64,000 nucleotides of DNA from Isurus oxyrinchus (Eukaryota). Location of the stretch: assembly GCA_026770705.1 (NCBI GenBank), contig JANJGN010000026.1, forward strand, positions 3,162,001 through 3,226,000, given 5' to 3'. Both the position numbers and the translations under genes were made by a program. Numbering within the stretch: position 1 is the stretch's first letter; each line of letters starts with the position of its first letter. A model generated the notes under the pieces. It was not told the origin of the DNA and made no database searches. It worked only from the letters and a program-made list of their open reading frames with translations. Of this stretch, positions 63,193-64,000 are shown piece by piece.

Positions 63193-63506
63193 TCCCCGAC
63201 AGTTATTTATTTTACTACTCATGAATGTGGCTGAATAATCTACTTTCCTACACTTGATCTCTCGCTGCACAGAGGTTGAAATCAGTTCCTGATCGGCTTT
63301 TGGTTGGAACTATCCGCATTCCCAGTAACATTAAAATACTGGATTGTCTTTTTCAGTGTTACAAAAATTCACATCGCTCATACGAACTATCGGCACGGAC
63401 AGAAACTGACAGAAAATAAAGATTTATTAATGAATAAAAAGTATACAAGATGTCCTTGCATCCGTCTTGCTTTGAAATATTTATTACCAAATTATTCTTC
63501 GTTGAC

Positions 63507-63593
63507 ACTTTTTGAACTGGGCTGACTGGGAGATGACTGACTGTGACTATAACTACTACGATGAGTTTGGCACTGTGCTGACCGTGAACTCAG
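63507..63593 (+). other. IgNAR J segment (63546-63593, YNYYDEFGTVLTVNS) with 23-bp RSS and phase-1 GT donor
   Basis: actttttga-23-GACTGTG, then ac tat aac tac tac gat gag ttt ggc act gtg ctg acc gtg aac tca g|GTAAGT. Confidence 0.88.
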
Positions 63594-64000
63594 GTAAGTG
63601 ACCTTTCTTTCTACTTTCTCACTACGATTTTGTACATATAGGATAAGAAGAATCAATGTTCTCATTAAAATCGGCTGAAGCAGGTTTGTGATGGTCGCAG
63701 CTCCTTTCCAAGACCTGATTAGATTGACTGTCAGTCAACTTCGAACGGGCTTAGAACTTTGTTATTTCAAAAGATATTTTGTTCGAAAATATAGTGAAAT
63801 TGGTTTTAAGTATATAACTTATTTGTCACATAACACTTAAGATAGTTATTAAGAAAGATGGTGAATGTTTTAATACTTAAAACGGAACCAAATTTGCAAA
63901 GTTCCACCTTAATGATTTGTTCCTTCACAAATTAGAGAGATAACATTTCTAGTGCGAAAAAATTAATACAATTTTTCAGTGAGGAATGGCTTCTGAAAGC

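Noticed and set aside
63571-63577. CACTGTG heptamer inside the J coding region
   Set aside because: Arises from G-T-V codons; no nonamer at 12 or 23 bp upstream

Overview
Eukaryotic, not microbial, DNA: a repeat-rich cartilaginous fish (shark) genomic window with four N gaps. Genic content, all on the + strand: (1) a two-exon rhodopsin-class GPCR pseudogene of the GPR139/GPR142-like family that is expanded in sharks (1041-3864); (2) an apparently intact 325-aa paralog with a GC-AG intron (27829-29320); (3) an isolated Ig heavy-chain transmembrane (TM1) exon (38156-38313) with no recognisable constant exons upstream; (4) the 5' half of an unrearranged IgNAR (heavy-chain-only antibody) cluster at 61641-63600: octamer/TATA promoter, leader, VNAR, three D segments and one J, with a full 12/23-compatible RSS set. 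The cluster carries several lesions: leader donor GT>TT, an extra Cys37, a degenerate FR3 motif, and a J lacking the G-x-G motif. The rest is repeats: a ~10-kb CA-rich satellite with higher-order duplications, a decayed Gypsy-type LTR element, CR1/L2-group LINEs, tRNA-derived and Deu SINEs, and Penelope-derived elements with minimal hammerhead-ribozyme-like motifs. Nearly all ORFs in the supplied track are spurious or TE remnants. All calls come from reading the sequence by eye; no database searches were run, and repeat boundaries are approximate.
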